A DNA stretch of 64,000 nt, taken from an uncultured virus (IMG/VR IMGVR_UViG_3300047510_001006). Taxonomy: Duplodnaviria; Heunggongvirae; Uroviricota; Caudoviricetes. The stretch's first letter is position 1; each line of letters opens with the position of its first letter. This document shows, in pieces, positions 8,454 through 18,279 of this stretch. The position numbers were made by a program, and so were the translations under genes. The stretch lies in IMG/VR virus record IMGVR_UViG_3300047510_001006. One strand, 5' to 3'. The notes beneath the pieces were generated by a model. The model searched no databases and had not been told where the DNA came from. It saw only the letters and a program-made list of their open reading frames with translations.

Positions 8454-8969
8454 TTAAATTTGATTTTCGTCTATTAGTGTATAGGTGTATATGTCCTTAG
8501 CGTGTTTTTTATATTTTGGGTAGGCTAAAGGAGAGATGATTTGGGATCCTCTAGACTGCTCGCTCAAAACACTTTTCGTACTGAATGGCCAAATGAAATG
8601 AATCGGATGGAATATCAATTGAACTCCAAATAACTTAGGCTCATATTCATCGTATAGATTAATCTCCTTGATTGTGTCTCGCATGATTACTGGAGAACGC
8701 TGCTGACCATAATGTACAAAGTGCTTGGCTTTGGTATAGGTATACTGACCGGTCTGAAGCATGACGGGAGTAGGACGGGTGTTCATGCCGAACTCGTATC
8801 CTTCTTCTCCGTTGATTACCATAACGAGCCTGTCTTCCAAGCCTTGTAAGTGAGATGTTGAATCTTCAGCTCTAATTCCTATTAGATGAAATTCGTAATC
8901 CCAAAAATACCCCTCTGACGTTAAGTAATCAGAGAGGCGGTCGAGTTTGTGTTTAGATAGTTTTTTCAT
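8454..8969 (-). CDS. Divergent homologue of the endolysin at 38943, with catalytic Cys replaced by Ser
   Basis: IGIR, GQY, RD, H, SRGSQ and YTYTLIDE align with IGIR, GQY, YRD, IH, SHGCQ and FTYTLIES. Confidence 0.6.
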   Translation of the reverse strand: MKKLSKHKLDRLSDYLTSEGYFWDYEFHLIGIRAEDSTSHLQGLEDRLVMVINGEEGYEFGMNTRPTPVMLQTGQYTYTKAKHFVHYGQQRSPVIMRDTIKEINLYDEYEPKLFGVQLIFHPIHFIWPFSTKSVLSEQSRGSQIISPLAYPKYKKHAKDIYTYTLIDENQI

Positions 8970-8974
8970 TTCGA

Positions 8975-9229
8975 TTAAGACATTGCAAAATCAATCATCA
9001 ACTTCATGGCTTTAGCGCTTTCTTGGGTGAATGAATCGAAGAACTTTACCGCCTCGCGTTGAGTGTTAAACTTATATTCTGTTCCAAAAAAATCGTTATC
9101 GGTGAATGTTTCTAATGATACGTTTCTTGACATGGGGGCATACTTTAATCTGAGTTTCTTTCCGAATACGTCAAACTCTTTTAGTTTGATTTGGTTATTA
9201 GGTTCGTTTGATTCTTGTGTTATGTTCAT
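8975..9229 (-). CDS. Hypothetical protein
   Basis: 84-aa ORF. Confidence 0.6.
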   Translation of the reverse strand: MNITQESNEPNNQIKLKEFDVFGKKLRLKYAPMSRNVSLETFTDNDFFGTEYKFNTQREAVKFFDSFTQESAKAMKLMIDFAMS

Positions 9230-9236
9230 TTCTAAA

Positions 9237-10217
9237 TTATTTTAATTGATTTTTCATTGCTCTTACTCCACGAGAATCGGTCTTCCAGGTAATCTTACCT
9301 CTTTCTCCGAATTCGAGGGTTTCACTTTCTTTCATTTCTGCCTTAATAAATGCACTGGCTAGTCTTACTTCTCCTTCTAGGTCTTTTATCTGTTCGTTTA
9401 GTGCTTTCATTCTGAGGCCCAAGTTGTAAAGTTCATCACTGCCCTTCATTGACTTGGCTTCACTCTGAGCATACTTCTGATTTAGGAACTTCTGATATGA
9501 CTCTGTTCCATCAGGCTCAGGAGCGTAAAGGTCTGCGTGTTCCATATCGTTACGAGCAGCGGTAACTCTGTCCCAAAATTCGGAAACTGCGCTGAGAATC
9601 TTCTCAACCATAAAGTCCATCTTCTCAATCTCGTAGACTTTGATGTTTCTTCCGTCTTCCAAGAAGGCCAACTCACCCTTGTCGATTTCCAATCCTATTA
9701 GATAGGTAGTCAACTGAGCGATGTATGATGGTGGTACTCCGCTGTCCCATTGTTTAGACGCAAAGCCACTGATTGTTTTAATCTCCAGTACTCCCAACAT
9801 ATTCTTAGGAATCAATTCTCCATCAAATGCAGGCTTACCTTCTTCGATGATAATCCTATCGGGAGATAAAAACAGGTGAGGGTATTTGTCGTTTACGATA
9901 TAGCCGGGGATTTCTTGAACGAAACGCTTTCTGTTTTTCTCATTATAGTTTTTGATGATTGACTCTTGGCTTCCTTCGTAGTAAGTCCACATGTCTCCTA
10001 CGAATGATTCAAGACGGTTACCCATGAACATAGCCATGTTTTCTTCTGTCTTGTTAGGTATGAGGCCCAACTTTTGATAAAACAGTTCTATTGATGACTT
10101 CCATGGGTTGAGTCCCAAGATTGTACCTACTTCCGAGGCACCGATGCCTGAACTACGATAGTTTAGCCAACCTTCGTAATCCTCATCTTTGTTTATGTTG
10201 ATTATCTTAAAACCCAT
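9237..10217 (-). CDS. YqaJ/lambda-exonuclease family recombination nuclease
   Basis: WL.YR..GIGASE, LGLNPW, SPD, LEIKT and Y..Q motifs. Confidence 0.9.
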   Translation of the reverse strand: MGFKIININKDEDYEGWLNYRSSGIGASEVGTILGLNPWKSSIELFYQKLGLIPNKTEENMAMFMGNRLESFVGDMWTYYEGSQESIIKNYNEKNRKRFVQEIPGYIVNDKYPHLFLSPDRIIIEEGKPAFDGELIPKNMLGVLEIKTISGFASKQWDSGVPPSYIAQLTTYLIGLEIDKGELAFLEDGRNIKVYEIEKMDFMVEKILSAVSEFWDRVTAARNDMEHADLYAPEPDGTESYQKFLNQKYAQSEAKSMKGSDELYNLGLRMKALNEQIKDLEGEVRLASAFIKAEMKESETLEFGERGKITWKTDSRGVRAMKNQLK

Positions 10218-10429
10218 TGTTCGAATTGTTCAGCGATTTTGATAACGTCAGATGCAGTTGCAGTACTTTCAGCGTTAGCTACACATTGTGCAGCAGCCTT
10301 CAAACATGATTGACGAATGATTTGTGTGTCTTTGCTATAAGCGTGTTCCATGTGAGGAAACACATCGGGCTTTTTTTTGAATGCGGTAGCCATCTCCGCT
10401 GCGAGATTTGTGTTTTTAATTTTGCTCAT
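10202..10429 (-). CDS. Hypothetical phage protein (IIRQSCLKAA motif)
   Basis: 75-aa ORF between SSB-like and exonuclease genes. Confidence 0.6.
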   Translation of the reverse strand: MSKIKNTNLAAEMATAFKKKPDVFPHMEHAYSKDTQIIRQSCLKAAAQCVANAESTATASDVIKIAEQFEQWVLR

Positions 10430-10431
10430 TG

Positions 10432-10464
10432 TTTTTGAAATTAAGGGGAATCCGAAGACTCCCC
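10432..10464 (-). terminator. Hairpin GGGGAGTC-TTCG-GATTCCCC after SSB-like gene
   Basis: UUCG tetraloop stem followed by T-rich sequence on minus strand. Confidence 0.6.
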
Positions 10465-10492
10465 ATGTAAGTGATTGATTTACAAGAAGTTA

Positions 10493-11146
10493 TCAGAATG
10501 GCAAGTCATCATCCTCTTCGTCAAATTCAACTACGGGTGCAGTTTCTTTTTTGGTAGAGGCAACTTGTGAAACTTCAGGAAGCATTGAAGGATTTAACAA
10601 CTGTGAGTTTAACTCTTGTAACATATTAAAGTAAAATTTGTTACGAGCCTCACGGTCATAATCAACTACTTCGCCTTTCTTGTTAAGGGTTACGTCAACT
10701 TCAGGTCGTCCTTGAGGATTCTCTTTTGTGTAAAACCACTTAACCATTTGGCTGTCTTGAACCAAGAACAAACTTGACTTCATTTTGCCGTCAACTTCCT
10801 TTTGGTTTGGAACCATACGAAGAGGGCGAGCCAAGTTAGCATTTGGGATAATGCAGCAGAATGCTTCAAAGTACTTAGAGTCTACATCCATGTTAATGTA
10901 GTAGGTTTCTGTTCCATCTACAAACTGAACGCTCAAGAACAACTTGTCAATTCCAAGTAAGTTTTCAGTGCGTGTAGACATCTTGGTAATGTAACCTTCG
11001 ATGTAGTCGTAGATGAAGTAGTACTTCTCTTCGCCTTTTTTGTTTAAGATAGTTGTTGTACCTTCTTCTTTTGTTTTCGAGTAGCGGTAAAGCTTACCAT
11101 TTCTCACGTTCAAATACGTTGCGTTAGTTTTAATACCTAGTGCCAT
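10493..11146 (-). CDS. Putative single-stranded DNA-binding/annealing protein
   Basis: Acidic C-terminus EEDDDLPF; near exonuclease; own promoter at 11165-11172. Confidence 0.65.
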   Translation of the reverse strand: MALGIKTNATYLNVRNGKLYRYSKTKEEGTTTILNKKGEEKYYFIYDYIEGYITKMSTRTENLLGIDKLFLSVQFVDGTETYYINMDVDSKYFEAFCCIIPNANLARPLRMVPNQKEVDGKMKSSLFLVQDSQMVKWFYTKENPQGRPEVDVTLNKKGEVVDYDREARNKFYFNMLQELNSQLLNPSMLPEVSQVASTKKETAPVVEFDEEDDDLPF

Positions 11147-11174
11147 GTTTTTAATTGTGTGTTACAAATATAGT

Positions 11175-11489
11175 TTAAATTATTTGTCTACCAAACTTTT
11201 TATGTAAAATATTTTCAAGGGCCATTTTATCTGTTTCTGAGGCTCGGCAGGTTACCAATTCAGTCTCGATTTTATTCTCTGTGTAGTGACTTTCCAAAAA
11301 TTCCTGTTCGATGTTCTTTGGATAATTAGGCATAACGCCAGTTTTAAGGCAGTCCACAATATCAGACTCTTCGAGAGAATTTGCGTAAAAGCAGGTACGA
11401 ATAAACCTTCGCATTTTCTTGTTATGTTCTTCACGTTGTTTACGGGTTAAGGTTGATGTTTTGTTTAATCTTTGTTTTGCTCTAGACAT
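11175..11489 (-). CDS. Hypothetical protein
   Basis: 104-aa ORF. Confidence 0.6.
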   Translation of the reverse strand: MSRAKQRLNKTSTLTRKQREEHNKKMRRFIRTCFYANSLEESDIVDCLKTGVMPNYPKNIEQEFLESHYTENKIETELVTCRASETDKMALENILHKKFGRQII

Positions 11490-11737
11490 AATGCGTATGT
11501 TAAATGAATCTTTTTGCTTTTTTCATCAGTGAACCTCGTGGTTATTGGGTCTTTTTTATTTTCTTCTACGAGTTTAGTAGCATACGCAAGGGCCTTTTCT
11601 TTTTGTCCCGCAGCCAATAAGTGAATTACTAAATCACAGGCTTTAAATGCATCTCTTTCTTTGGAAAACTGATACACGAGTTTTCTCATGTATGCATCAA
11701 CCATGTCTTTGATTTGCAGGTCTGTTTTGTTTATCAT
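11465..11737 (-). CDS. Hypothetical protein
   Basis: 90-aa ORF; TATCTTTG 4 nt upstream of ATG. Confidence 0.6.
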   Translation of the reverse strand: MINKTDLQIKDMVDAYMRKLVYQFSKERDAFKACDLVIHLLAAGQKEKALAYATKLVEENKKDPITTRFTDEKSKKIHLTYALCLEQNKD

Positions 11738-11741
11738 ATGG

Positions 11742-11809
11742 CAAAGATATTACATTTTGTTGTTTTAGTGGAAAATATTTTATACTTGTCACTATTTTTT
11801 GTAAATTTG
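11742..11809. promoter_or_regulatory. Back-to-back divergent promoters at the strand switch
   Basis: TATCTTTG (minus, 11742-11749) and TAAATTTG (plus, 11802-11809). Confidence 0.6.
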
Positions 11810-11815
11810 TGACAC

Positions 11816-12064
11816 ATGAAGCGCAAATACATCTATATTCGTTGGGATACACCGTTTCAAAAAAGAAAGGAAATGGAAACAATGCAAGATTTAGGTCTGA
11901 GCCTCAAGTTTAAAGATTATGATTTCCTGGCTGATCGCATTGAACTATGTCCCACCTATATCAAAAGAATGTTTATTACTTGCGACTTAAAGTTTCCTGA
12001 ATATCTTCCAGTGTTTAAAAAAGCAGTTAAAGAACAATTACTACGAGATGTCTATTTCATATAA
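11816..12064 (+). CDS. Hypothetical protein
   Basis: 82-aa ORF downstream of promoter. Confidence 0.55.
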   Translation: MKRKYIYIRWDTPFQKRKEMETMQDLGLSLKFKDYDFLADRIELCPTYIKRMFITCDLKFPEYLPVFKKAVKEQLLRDVYFI

Positions 12065-12479
12065 GGACCAAAAGGACATATTTGAAAAAAGACTTCGTGA
12101 ACTTTACAAAAAGGGCATGCCGCGGGCAATTGAATCCCAAAAAGTAGTAGAGGCCAAGAAATCATTGTTCTTTAATTCGACTGATATCTACATGAAGAAC
12201 AAAATTGAAATCTTTGTTAAGAACGTAGAATATCTAAAAGTAAAACACGATATGTCTGATTACAAACTTGGCAATTTCATTTGGATGCAGTCAGGCTTTA
12301 GTAATTATAAAACTACAGCCATTGGATTTTTGGTAAACAAATCTCGCATGTCGATTGAGAAATTATTGTTTCATGCCAAGGTTGTTGGGTTTAGTTTTGA
12401 CATTGACCCGCTTGATTTGATTACAGTTGACTTAGAATTCAACGAATCTAACGGAATTGTAAAAAAGTTTTGGAAATAA
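12048..12479 (+). CDS. Hypothetical protein, possibly with C-terminal XRE-like HTH
   Basis: N...LK..H.MS...L and F.IDP.DL pattern; weak. Confidence 0.5.
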   Translation: MSISYKDQKDIFEKRLRELYKKGMPRAIESQKVVEAKKSLFFNSTDIYMKNKIEIFVKNVEYLKVKHDMSDYKLGNFIWMQSGFSNYKTTAIGFLVNKSRMSIEKLLFHAKVVGFSFDIDPLDLITVDLEFNESNGIVKKFWK

Positions 12480-12490
12480 AAAAATTATAG

Positions 12491-12498
12491 TATATTTG
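12491..12498 (+). promoter_or_regulatory. -7 promoter element TATATTTG preceding a non-coding element
   Basis: Matches TAnnTTTG consensus. Confidence 0.6.
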
Positions 12499-12501
12499 CC
12501 C

Positions 12502-12810
12502 ATACTTGTGGTCGGAGGTACAGATGTACGTGACAGCAGCGCAAGTATTTATTGCTTCTACTGTGGGAACCTATCAAAGAAGCGACACCGGCACAAAGGA
12601 CTGAGGTGTATGATAGGCGGGGGGTATAGCCCTTGAAAGTTGAGTCCAAGCGTTAACCACCTATATGTTGGCACGTTCTCATGATAGACGAAGAAGTCAT
12701 CATTTTGAGATGTGAGAACTGAGACAAACTTGTTTTTGTTTCAGGAACTCACTCACGTCTCAATCAACCAAAGAAATCATGATATCTGATACTACGAATA
12801 CGTCAGAGTA
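12502..12810 (+). ncRNA. Candidate structured ncRNA (~310 nt) upstream of portal
   Basis: Multiple stems with G-U pairs valid only on + strand; 7-bp pseudoknot; no ORF. Confidence 0.65.
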
Positions 12811-12883
12811 TAAGTAATTATGGTATAATTGTCAAAAACTTGTATTCTTACAACTTTAGGCTTATATTTGTAATGTAGGCGAT

Positions 12884-15094
12884 ATGATATATTCTTTAAG
12901 AGAACAACCCAATCAATTCATTCCTGAAAATAAAAAAGACGCAATTTGGTATGCTGACTGCGTTAGATACGTAGCGTCTAAGTACAATACTCAAATGAAT
13001 AATTTGGGGTATCGCAACGAAACTTCCTACGATAAACCTGTAGATGAGATGCTGAGAATGTTCTCATACTACTTGGGTAAACAAGAGAATAGGGATTACT
13101 ACTACACTACACAAGATCAAAGCAACTGTGACCTTCCAACTGTTTGGATTAATGGTCAAAAGTTGACTTCAATGATTGACTTTATGTTGGGCAATGCAAT
13201 CAAGATGATTGAGAACATTGAACCATCTGTTCGTGCTACAGCAAAAGCAGTCGTTAATAGAAAAACACAAAAGCTTGAACTTGCTCTATTAAAATTAGAG
13301 TTAAGCGGTATCTTTAACGAGTTGGAGAAGAATGGTATCTTCTTTACTCCTACTGGCTCAAAGGAATTTGAGACCCCCGAAGAAACAATTAAGTACATGC
13401 ACTTTGACTACAAAGAACGAGGAGAAGAAATTGCTTACCGTTTGGCTAGTGACATTTTGCATCGTAACCGATTTATTGATAAATACAAACAGGCATTCTT
13501 CTACACCTTGTTGGGCGGAGTTGTTGGTATTGAAAATAAGGTAGTTAACAAAAAACAAGTAAAAGAAATTATTCTTCCCTACAACTTGATTTGGGATAAT
13601 TCGTTTGATGATGACCTAAACACAAAGGCTCGATTTACTGGTAAAGTAGATTGGTTGACCCCTGGTGAAATTCTTTCTAATCCCTACATGATTCAACAGT
13701 TGTCTACCGAAGAGATTGACGAAATCAAAACTATCAATACCCAAAATATTGATAAGTTGTTGGGAGAAGATAATATCACAACAAATAAACTTAAGTGGTA
13801 TTATAACACCAATGGAGTTCCATCTTTAGCAGCCGTAACTACTTACTGGATAGGCTATAAGGAACTGCGCTACGAGAAAACCAAAGACAAGTTTGGAAAT
13901 ACACACTACGCTAAAATGCGTGGCAAACAACCTTCAAGTTACTGGACTAAAACAGTTTACAAAGGCACATTGATTGCCAATAAGTACTTAGTTGAGTACG
14001 GAGAGCAACCAAACATCGTTAGAAAGTCTGACGACATGAATGAGGTTGACCTACCTATTTCAATCTTCATTCCAAACATGGTAATGGGAGAGTCTCGTTC
14101 TATCGCATCGCGCCTACACAAACACCAAGATAGAATTGACTTCTTGACCAACGAAATTACCAAGATGATTACTCGCTCAAAGGGTAAGGTATTTGTTTTG
14201 AACAAACACAAGTTGGGAACTGCAACTGCACAAGACGTGTTGAATGATTTCGAAAGAATGGGCATTCACATTACAGACGGAGCAGCGACAGGCGAAGATT
14301 ACAACACGGCTGACAACAACAGAATCGTTGAGGTTGTAGATATGACTCTTGATCCTAACATCAATCAGTTGTTGAACTTGAAGAACGAGGAGGAAAGAAT
14401 AATGGAAGAGATTGTTAACGTACCAAAGGTAGCAATGGGACAACAGGCTGGTTACTTGGGCGCTAAGACTCAAGCTGGTACTATTGCTCAATCTAACTTG
14501 GGTACTGCTTACTTATACCAAGGCTTTATTCACTTCATTGAAAGAGACTTGCAGTATGCGTTAAATCAATATAAGATTTCTCTGTTGGCTAATAAGGATG
14601 AGGATATTCCAGTTATCGGAGACCGCGGCCTTGAATATTTGAAATTGACAGAAGACTTCAAGTTTGAAGATTTTGCTATTTTCATTAAGGTTCGTGACTT
14701 CATTGATGAGGCTGCTAAAGAAAGGTTGATGATGATTGCACAGGCTGCAATGCAGAACCAACTGATTGATATGATGGACTTCTTGAAAATTGAAACTGCC
14801 AAAACATACACTGAATTGATGAATCAAATCGAGTATGCCATGAACAAAAAGCAGCGTAAAGCAGAAGAACAACAACAAATGCAAATGATGCAACAGCAGG
14901 CAATGATGGAACAACAAATGGCTATGCAACAACAGCAAGCGCAAATGAAAGAAGAAGGACAGAACTACAGAGCCGGAGTTAAGGCTGCCGTAGATATGGA
15001 TAAAACAGGAGGAAGTTCTGAAGCGGCTGCTGCCACAGGTGAGCAAGTTGCTGCCGAGGCTCCTGCTGAAGCTGCTCCTGCCCCACAACAATAA
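12884..15094 (+). CDS. Portal protein (crAss-like/P22-like)
   Basis: 736 aa; first gene of head module; long Q/M-rich C-terminal helix; promoter at 12863-12870. Confidence 0.8.
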   Translation: MIYSLREQPNQFIPENKKDAIWYADCVRYVASKYNTQMNNLGYRNETSYDKPVDEMLRMFSYYLGKQENRDYYYTTQDQSNCDLPTVWINGQKLTSMIDFMLGNAIKMIENIEPSVRATAKAVVNRKTQKLELALLKLELSGIFNELEKNGIFFTPTGSKEFETPEETIKYMHFDYKERGEEIAYRLASDILHRNRFIDKYKQAFFYTLLGGVVGIENKVVNKKQVKEIILPYNLIWDNSFDDDLNTKARFTGKVDWLTPGEILSNPYMIQQLSTEEIDEIKTINTQNIDKLLGEDNITTNKLKWYYNTNGVPSLAAVTTYWIGYKELRYEKTKDKFGNTHYAKMRGKQPSSYWTKTVYKGTLIANKYLVEYGEQPNIVRKSDDMNEVDLPISIFIPNMVMGESRSIASRLHKHQDRIDFLTNEITKMITRSKGKVFVLNKHKLGTATAQDVLNDFERMGIHITDGAATGEDYNTADNNRIVEVVDMTLDPNINQLLNLKNEEERIMEEIVNVPKVAMGQQAGYLGAKTQAGTIAQSNLGTAYLYQGFIHFIERDLQYALNQYKISLLANKDEDIPVIGDRGLEYLKLTEDFKFEDFAIFIKVRDFIDEAAKERLMMIAQAAMQNQLIDMMDFLKIETAKTYTELMNQIEYAMNKKQRKAEEQQQMQMMQQQAMMEQQMAMQQQQAQMKEEGQNYRAGVKAAVDMDKTGGSSEAAAATGEQVAAEAPAEAAPAPQQ

Positions 15095-15134
15095 CTTGTT
15101 AATTTAAAAAGAAAGAACTAATTTCGAACACTAT

Positions 15135-16064
15135 ATGTACGATCAAATTGTAAAAGAAATTGAAGCGAACGAAAAGAAGACCGCTTTAGAGAATCCAACA
15201 CCAGTCCCAGCAGAACCAGCGGTTGAACCAACACCTGCTGCTGAACCTGTGGCCTCAGAACCTGCCCCTGCTGCCGAACCAGCACCTGCTGACGCAGCAC
15301 CAAAAGCATGGTATGAAGATGTTGAGTCTGACTCAAACGAACCAAAAACAAACGATGCCCCAAGTCCTCAAACTATTGTAGAAGAAGAAGACGAGGATAT
15401 TGCATTGATTAAAGAATTTAAAAAACAAGGCAAAACATTAAAAGAATTTGTAGAACAATACAAAGTTGAAGATGTTAGTAAATACACTGACACTCAAATT
15501 ATTGAAAAGGCCCTTAAAGAACTTGAGGGTTTTGAAGGTGATGAGTTCGACCAAGCAATGAGCGAAGTTGAAACCATGCCTTTATTCCAGAAGAAAAAAT
15601 TGATTCAGGAATACAGAGCGAAGTACAATGAAATGAACCAAGAGAAGTTGAAACAACTTTCTTCGAGTTCAAATAAAGCATCGGAAAAGCAAGTAGAACT
15701 AATGAATCGTTTTCAGACAGAATTAGGTCAAACAACGAATTCGTTGAAAGGACAAGAGAAGTACGGATTGACAATCACAGACGAAATGTCTAGTAAAATC
15801 AATAAGTACATCGCAGATGAAATTTCACTTACTCGTAGGGATGGCTCTATGGATGTCGACTTTTTAGTTGATGTTGCTATGTGGAGGCTGTACGGCAAAG
15901 ATGTCGTTAAGGCCAATGTCACAAAAGCAAAAAATGAGGGAAGGGAAGAAATGTTGCGTGCAACAACTAATCCTTCTACTGGAATGCCAAACTCAAATTC
16001 AAATCCTTCTTTTGGTGGAAATGATGCTGAGGATGCATTCAATGCGTACTTAAACAAAAAATAA
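15135..16064 (+). CDS. Putative capsid scaffolding protein
   Basis: Acidic with PAAEP repeats; lies between portal and MCP. Confidence 0.65.
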   Translation: MYDQIVKEIEANEKKTALENPTPVPAEPAVEPTPAAEPVASEPAPAAEPAPADAAPKAWYEDVESDSNEPKTNDAPSPQTIVEEEDEDIALIKEFKKQGKTLKEFVEQYKVEDVSKYTDTQIIEKALKELEGFEGDEFDQAMSEVETMPLFQKKKLIQEYRAKYNEMNQEKLKQLSSSSNKASEKQVELMNRFQTELGQTTNSLKGQEKYGLTITDEMSSKINKYIADEISLTRRDGSMDVDFLVDVAMWRLYGKDVVKANVTKAKNEGREEMLRATTNPSTGMPNSNSNPSFGGNDAEDAFNAYLNKK

Positions 16065-16075
16065 AAAACTAAACA

Positions 16076-17422
16076 ATGGCAAGTCCAACTACTACCCTTG
16101 ATATTTCAAAGAGTTTGTTACTCAAGGGACTTTCATTGCCTAACAAAATGGCAATGGTGTATGCTCAAGATTATGGGTATAACGTTTTGACTCAGTTGAC
16201 CTCTAAATTAGGTCCTTCTATTTCTACTAACCAACCAAAAGTAGAAATCAGCGCACTGGGTAATCTTTCTGTATTTTCAACCGTTACTGCAGTTGGTGCT
16301 GGTACTGGAACTGGAGAAATCTTAGTTACAGTTAACAATGCTGAAAACTTCCGTCCTGGTGACATCATCGCTGATGCTAACTTGGCTCAAGGTATCGTAA
16401 TCGAAAAAACTACTACTCCTAACCAATTGCGCGTTAAGAGTGTAACTACTACTTTGAGTTCTTCTTTGCACTTCTTGGTAGGTCACGTTGCTAAAGTATT
16501 CTTCGATGCTTCTGCTAACCGTTTGAGCTATGGTAAACCAACTTTGAACGCTGTTCCTAGCACTGACTTTACTTACACTTCTGTAAGTCGTGAAAGTTCT
16601 ACACAGGCTCGTCGTGACCGTACTGCTTCTTTCGTTAAGTGGCAGGGTGACTTCTGGTATCGTTCTTATGATGATATTACTTTGCGTCGTTTCGCAAAAA
16701 CTTTGGAGTACAAATATGCTTTCTCTGAGCGTGGTATTTTCTACGGTCCTCAAGGTGAAACTTATGGTACTGCTGGTTTGCGTTGGTCTATCATCAACAA
16801 CGGAGGTACCTATTTGCCTTTGACTTCTGAATTGACTCAGTCTGTATTCAATGATTTCTTGGAAACATTGGTACGTAAAACTGCTGACAACGGTCGTAAA
16901 ATGGTTGCTATGATGGGTACTGCTGCTATGGCTCGTTTGCAAACTATCTTGGGTGATTACATCAAATACGCTGGTACTGCAAACACCTTCGGTGGTGTAT
17001 CTGTTGACGGTTTGAATGTTATGACTTATGCTTACGCTGGTATCTCTATTGATTTCGTTCGTTGGGCATTGTTGGATGACGAGATGTTCCGCACTGATTT
17101 GAGTTCTGTTACTGGTAAACCAAAGCAGTCTCACTCAATCTACTTCATCGACATGACTCCATTGCCTGCTGCTGATGGAAGCGGTTCTTTGAGTCCTTTG
17201 CAGAAGTATCACTTTAACAACGATGAGATGATTGCTAACTACGTTCCTGGTATGATCGGTTTGGAGGATTCTACTCCTTCTTCTATCAAGGCTACTGTAG
17301 CTGGTTCTCAGATCGTTTCTTTGGGTACTAATGACGTGGATGGAGTTGATTTCCACGTATTGTCTGATTGTGGTTTGTACTGCGCTGCTGACCGCATGGG
17401 ATTGATTGAATTGACCCTCTAA
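16076..17422 (+). CDS. Major capsid protein
   Basis: 448 aa; strongly biased highly expressed codon usage; position after scaffold. Confidence 0.8.
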   Translation: MASPTTTLDISKSLLLKGLSLPNKMAMVYAQDYGYNVLTQLTSKLGPSISTNQPKVEISALGNLSVFSTVTAVGAGTGTGEILVTVNNAENFRPGDIIADANLAQGIVIEKTTTPNQLRVKSVTTTLSSSLHFLVGHVAKVFFDASANRLSYGKPTLNAVPSTDFTYTSVSRESSTQARRDRTASFVKWQGDFWYRSYDDITLRRFAKTLEYKYAFSERGIFYGPQGETYGTAGLRWSIINNGGTYLPLTSELTQSVFNDFLETLVRKTADNGRKMVAMMGTAAMARLQTILGDYIKYAGTANTFGGVSVDGLNVMTYAYAGISIDFVRWALLDDEMFRTDLSSVTGKPKQSHSIYFIDMTPLPAADGSGSLSPLQKYHFNNDEMIANYVPGMIGLEDSTPSSIKATVAGSQIVSLGTNDVDGVDFHVLSDCGLYCAADRMGLIELTL

Positions 17423-17441
17423 CTTTAAGGAGAAATAAAAA

Positions 17442-18203
17442 ATGGAAAATATCGCATTATTCGCTGGTAACAGCACCGCAACTGTTGATGGAGGTAAATT
17501 GTATTTATCTGCTAGCTTCAACAACTGTTACACTCCTATGGAGATCAGTTTCTTGAGTGGCTTCACCAAGCAAGCTGGTACTTTGGGTACTTCACGTGTA
17601 ATTACCGTTACTCCTGTAGCTGGCAATAGCACTGAATACAAATTGCAATTGACCGCGTTGAAAAATGAAATCAGCAGTCCTTTTGGTGCTGGAGTTGATA
17701 CAAAATTGTTTGTATACACTTCTGATGCCTCTGGTTCAGTTGAAGAAATCGTAAACGGTTTGTGTGCTGCAATCGTACCTGGTTTGCCTGCTGCTACAGC
17801 TAGTGGTTCAGCTAATGGTTACACTGTAACTAAAGTTGATGCTGGTTCTGCTACTGCTTGGGATTACTTCACTATCACTACTGTTAACACTGCTGAGTTT
17901 GATTTCAGTGGTCAGTCTTTGGTAGGTAGCTTGATCGGAGTTACTAACACTACAACTGCTTATGTAGCTCCTGTAGGTGTTGGTGCAACTTTGGCTGCTA
18001 TTGGTATCCCTGGTGCTACAGCTGGTGTTCTTTACACTGTTTATACTAGTTTCTTGTCTAAGCCCAAGAAAAACGGTGGTGTAACTAACGGTATCGACAA
18101 CGTTCCTGTTAGCTTGTACTTTGCTGCTGGTTCAACCGGTATCACTGCTATGGACAGCTTTATTGCTGCTGCCTTCACTAGCCCTGCTGCTTACAACTTG
18201 TAA
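17442..18203 (+). CDS. Putative auxiliary capsid/decoration protein
   Basis: A/G/T-rich, same codon bias as MCP, followed by terminator. Confidence 0.6.
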   Translation: MENIALFAGNSTATVDGGKLYLSASFNNCYTPMEISFLSGFTKQAGTLGTSRVITVTPVAGNSTEYKLQLTALKNEISSPFGAGVDTKLFVYTSDASGSVEEIVNGLCAAIVPGLPAATASGSANGYTVTKVDAGSATAWDYFTITTVNTAEFDFSGQSLVGSLIGVTNTTTAYVAPVGVGATLAAIGIPGATAGVLYTVYTSFLSKPKKNGGVTNGIDNVPVSLYFAAGSTGITAMDSFIAAAFTSPAAYNL

Positions 18204-18219
18204 GCCAACTAATAAGATT

Positions 18220-18253
18220 GGGGGGAGGAGTTATTTCTTCCCCCTTTCTTTTT
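18220..18253 (+). terminator. Intrinsic terminator after capsid genes
   Basis: GGGGGAGGA...TCTTCCCCC followed by T-rich tail. Confidence 0.75.
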
Positions 18254-18279
18254 AAAAATAAATAAACTATATTCGCAAT

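Noticed and set aside
12502..12810. tRNA, tmRNA or RNase P identity for the structured element
   Set aside because: No cloverleaf, T-loop/CCA end or recognisable conserved motifs of those RNAs
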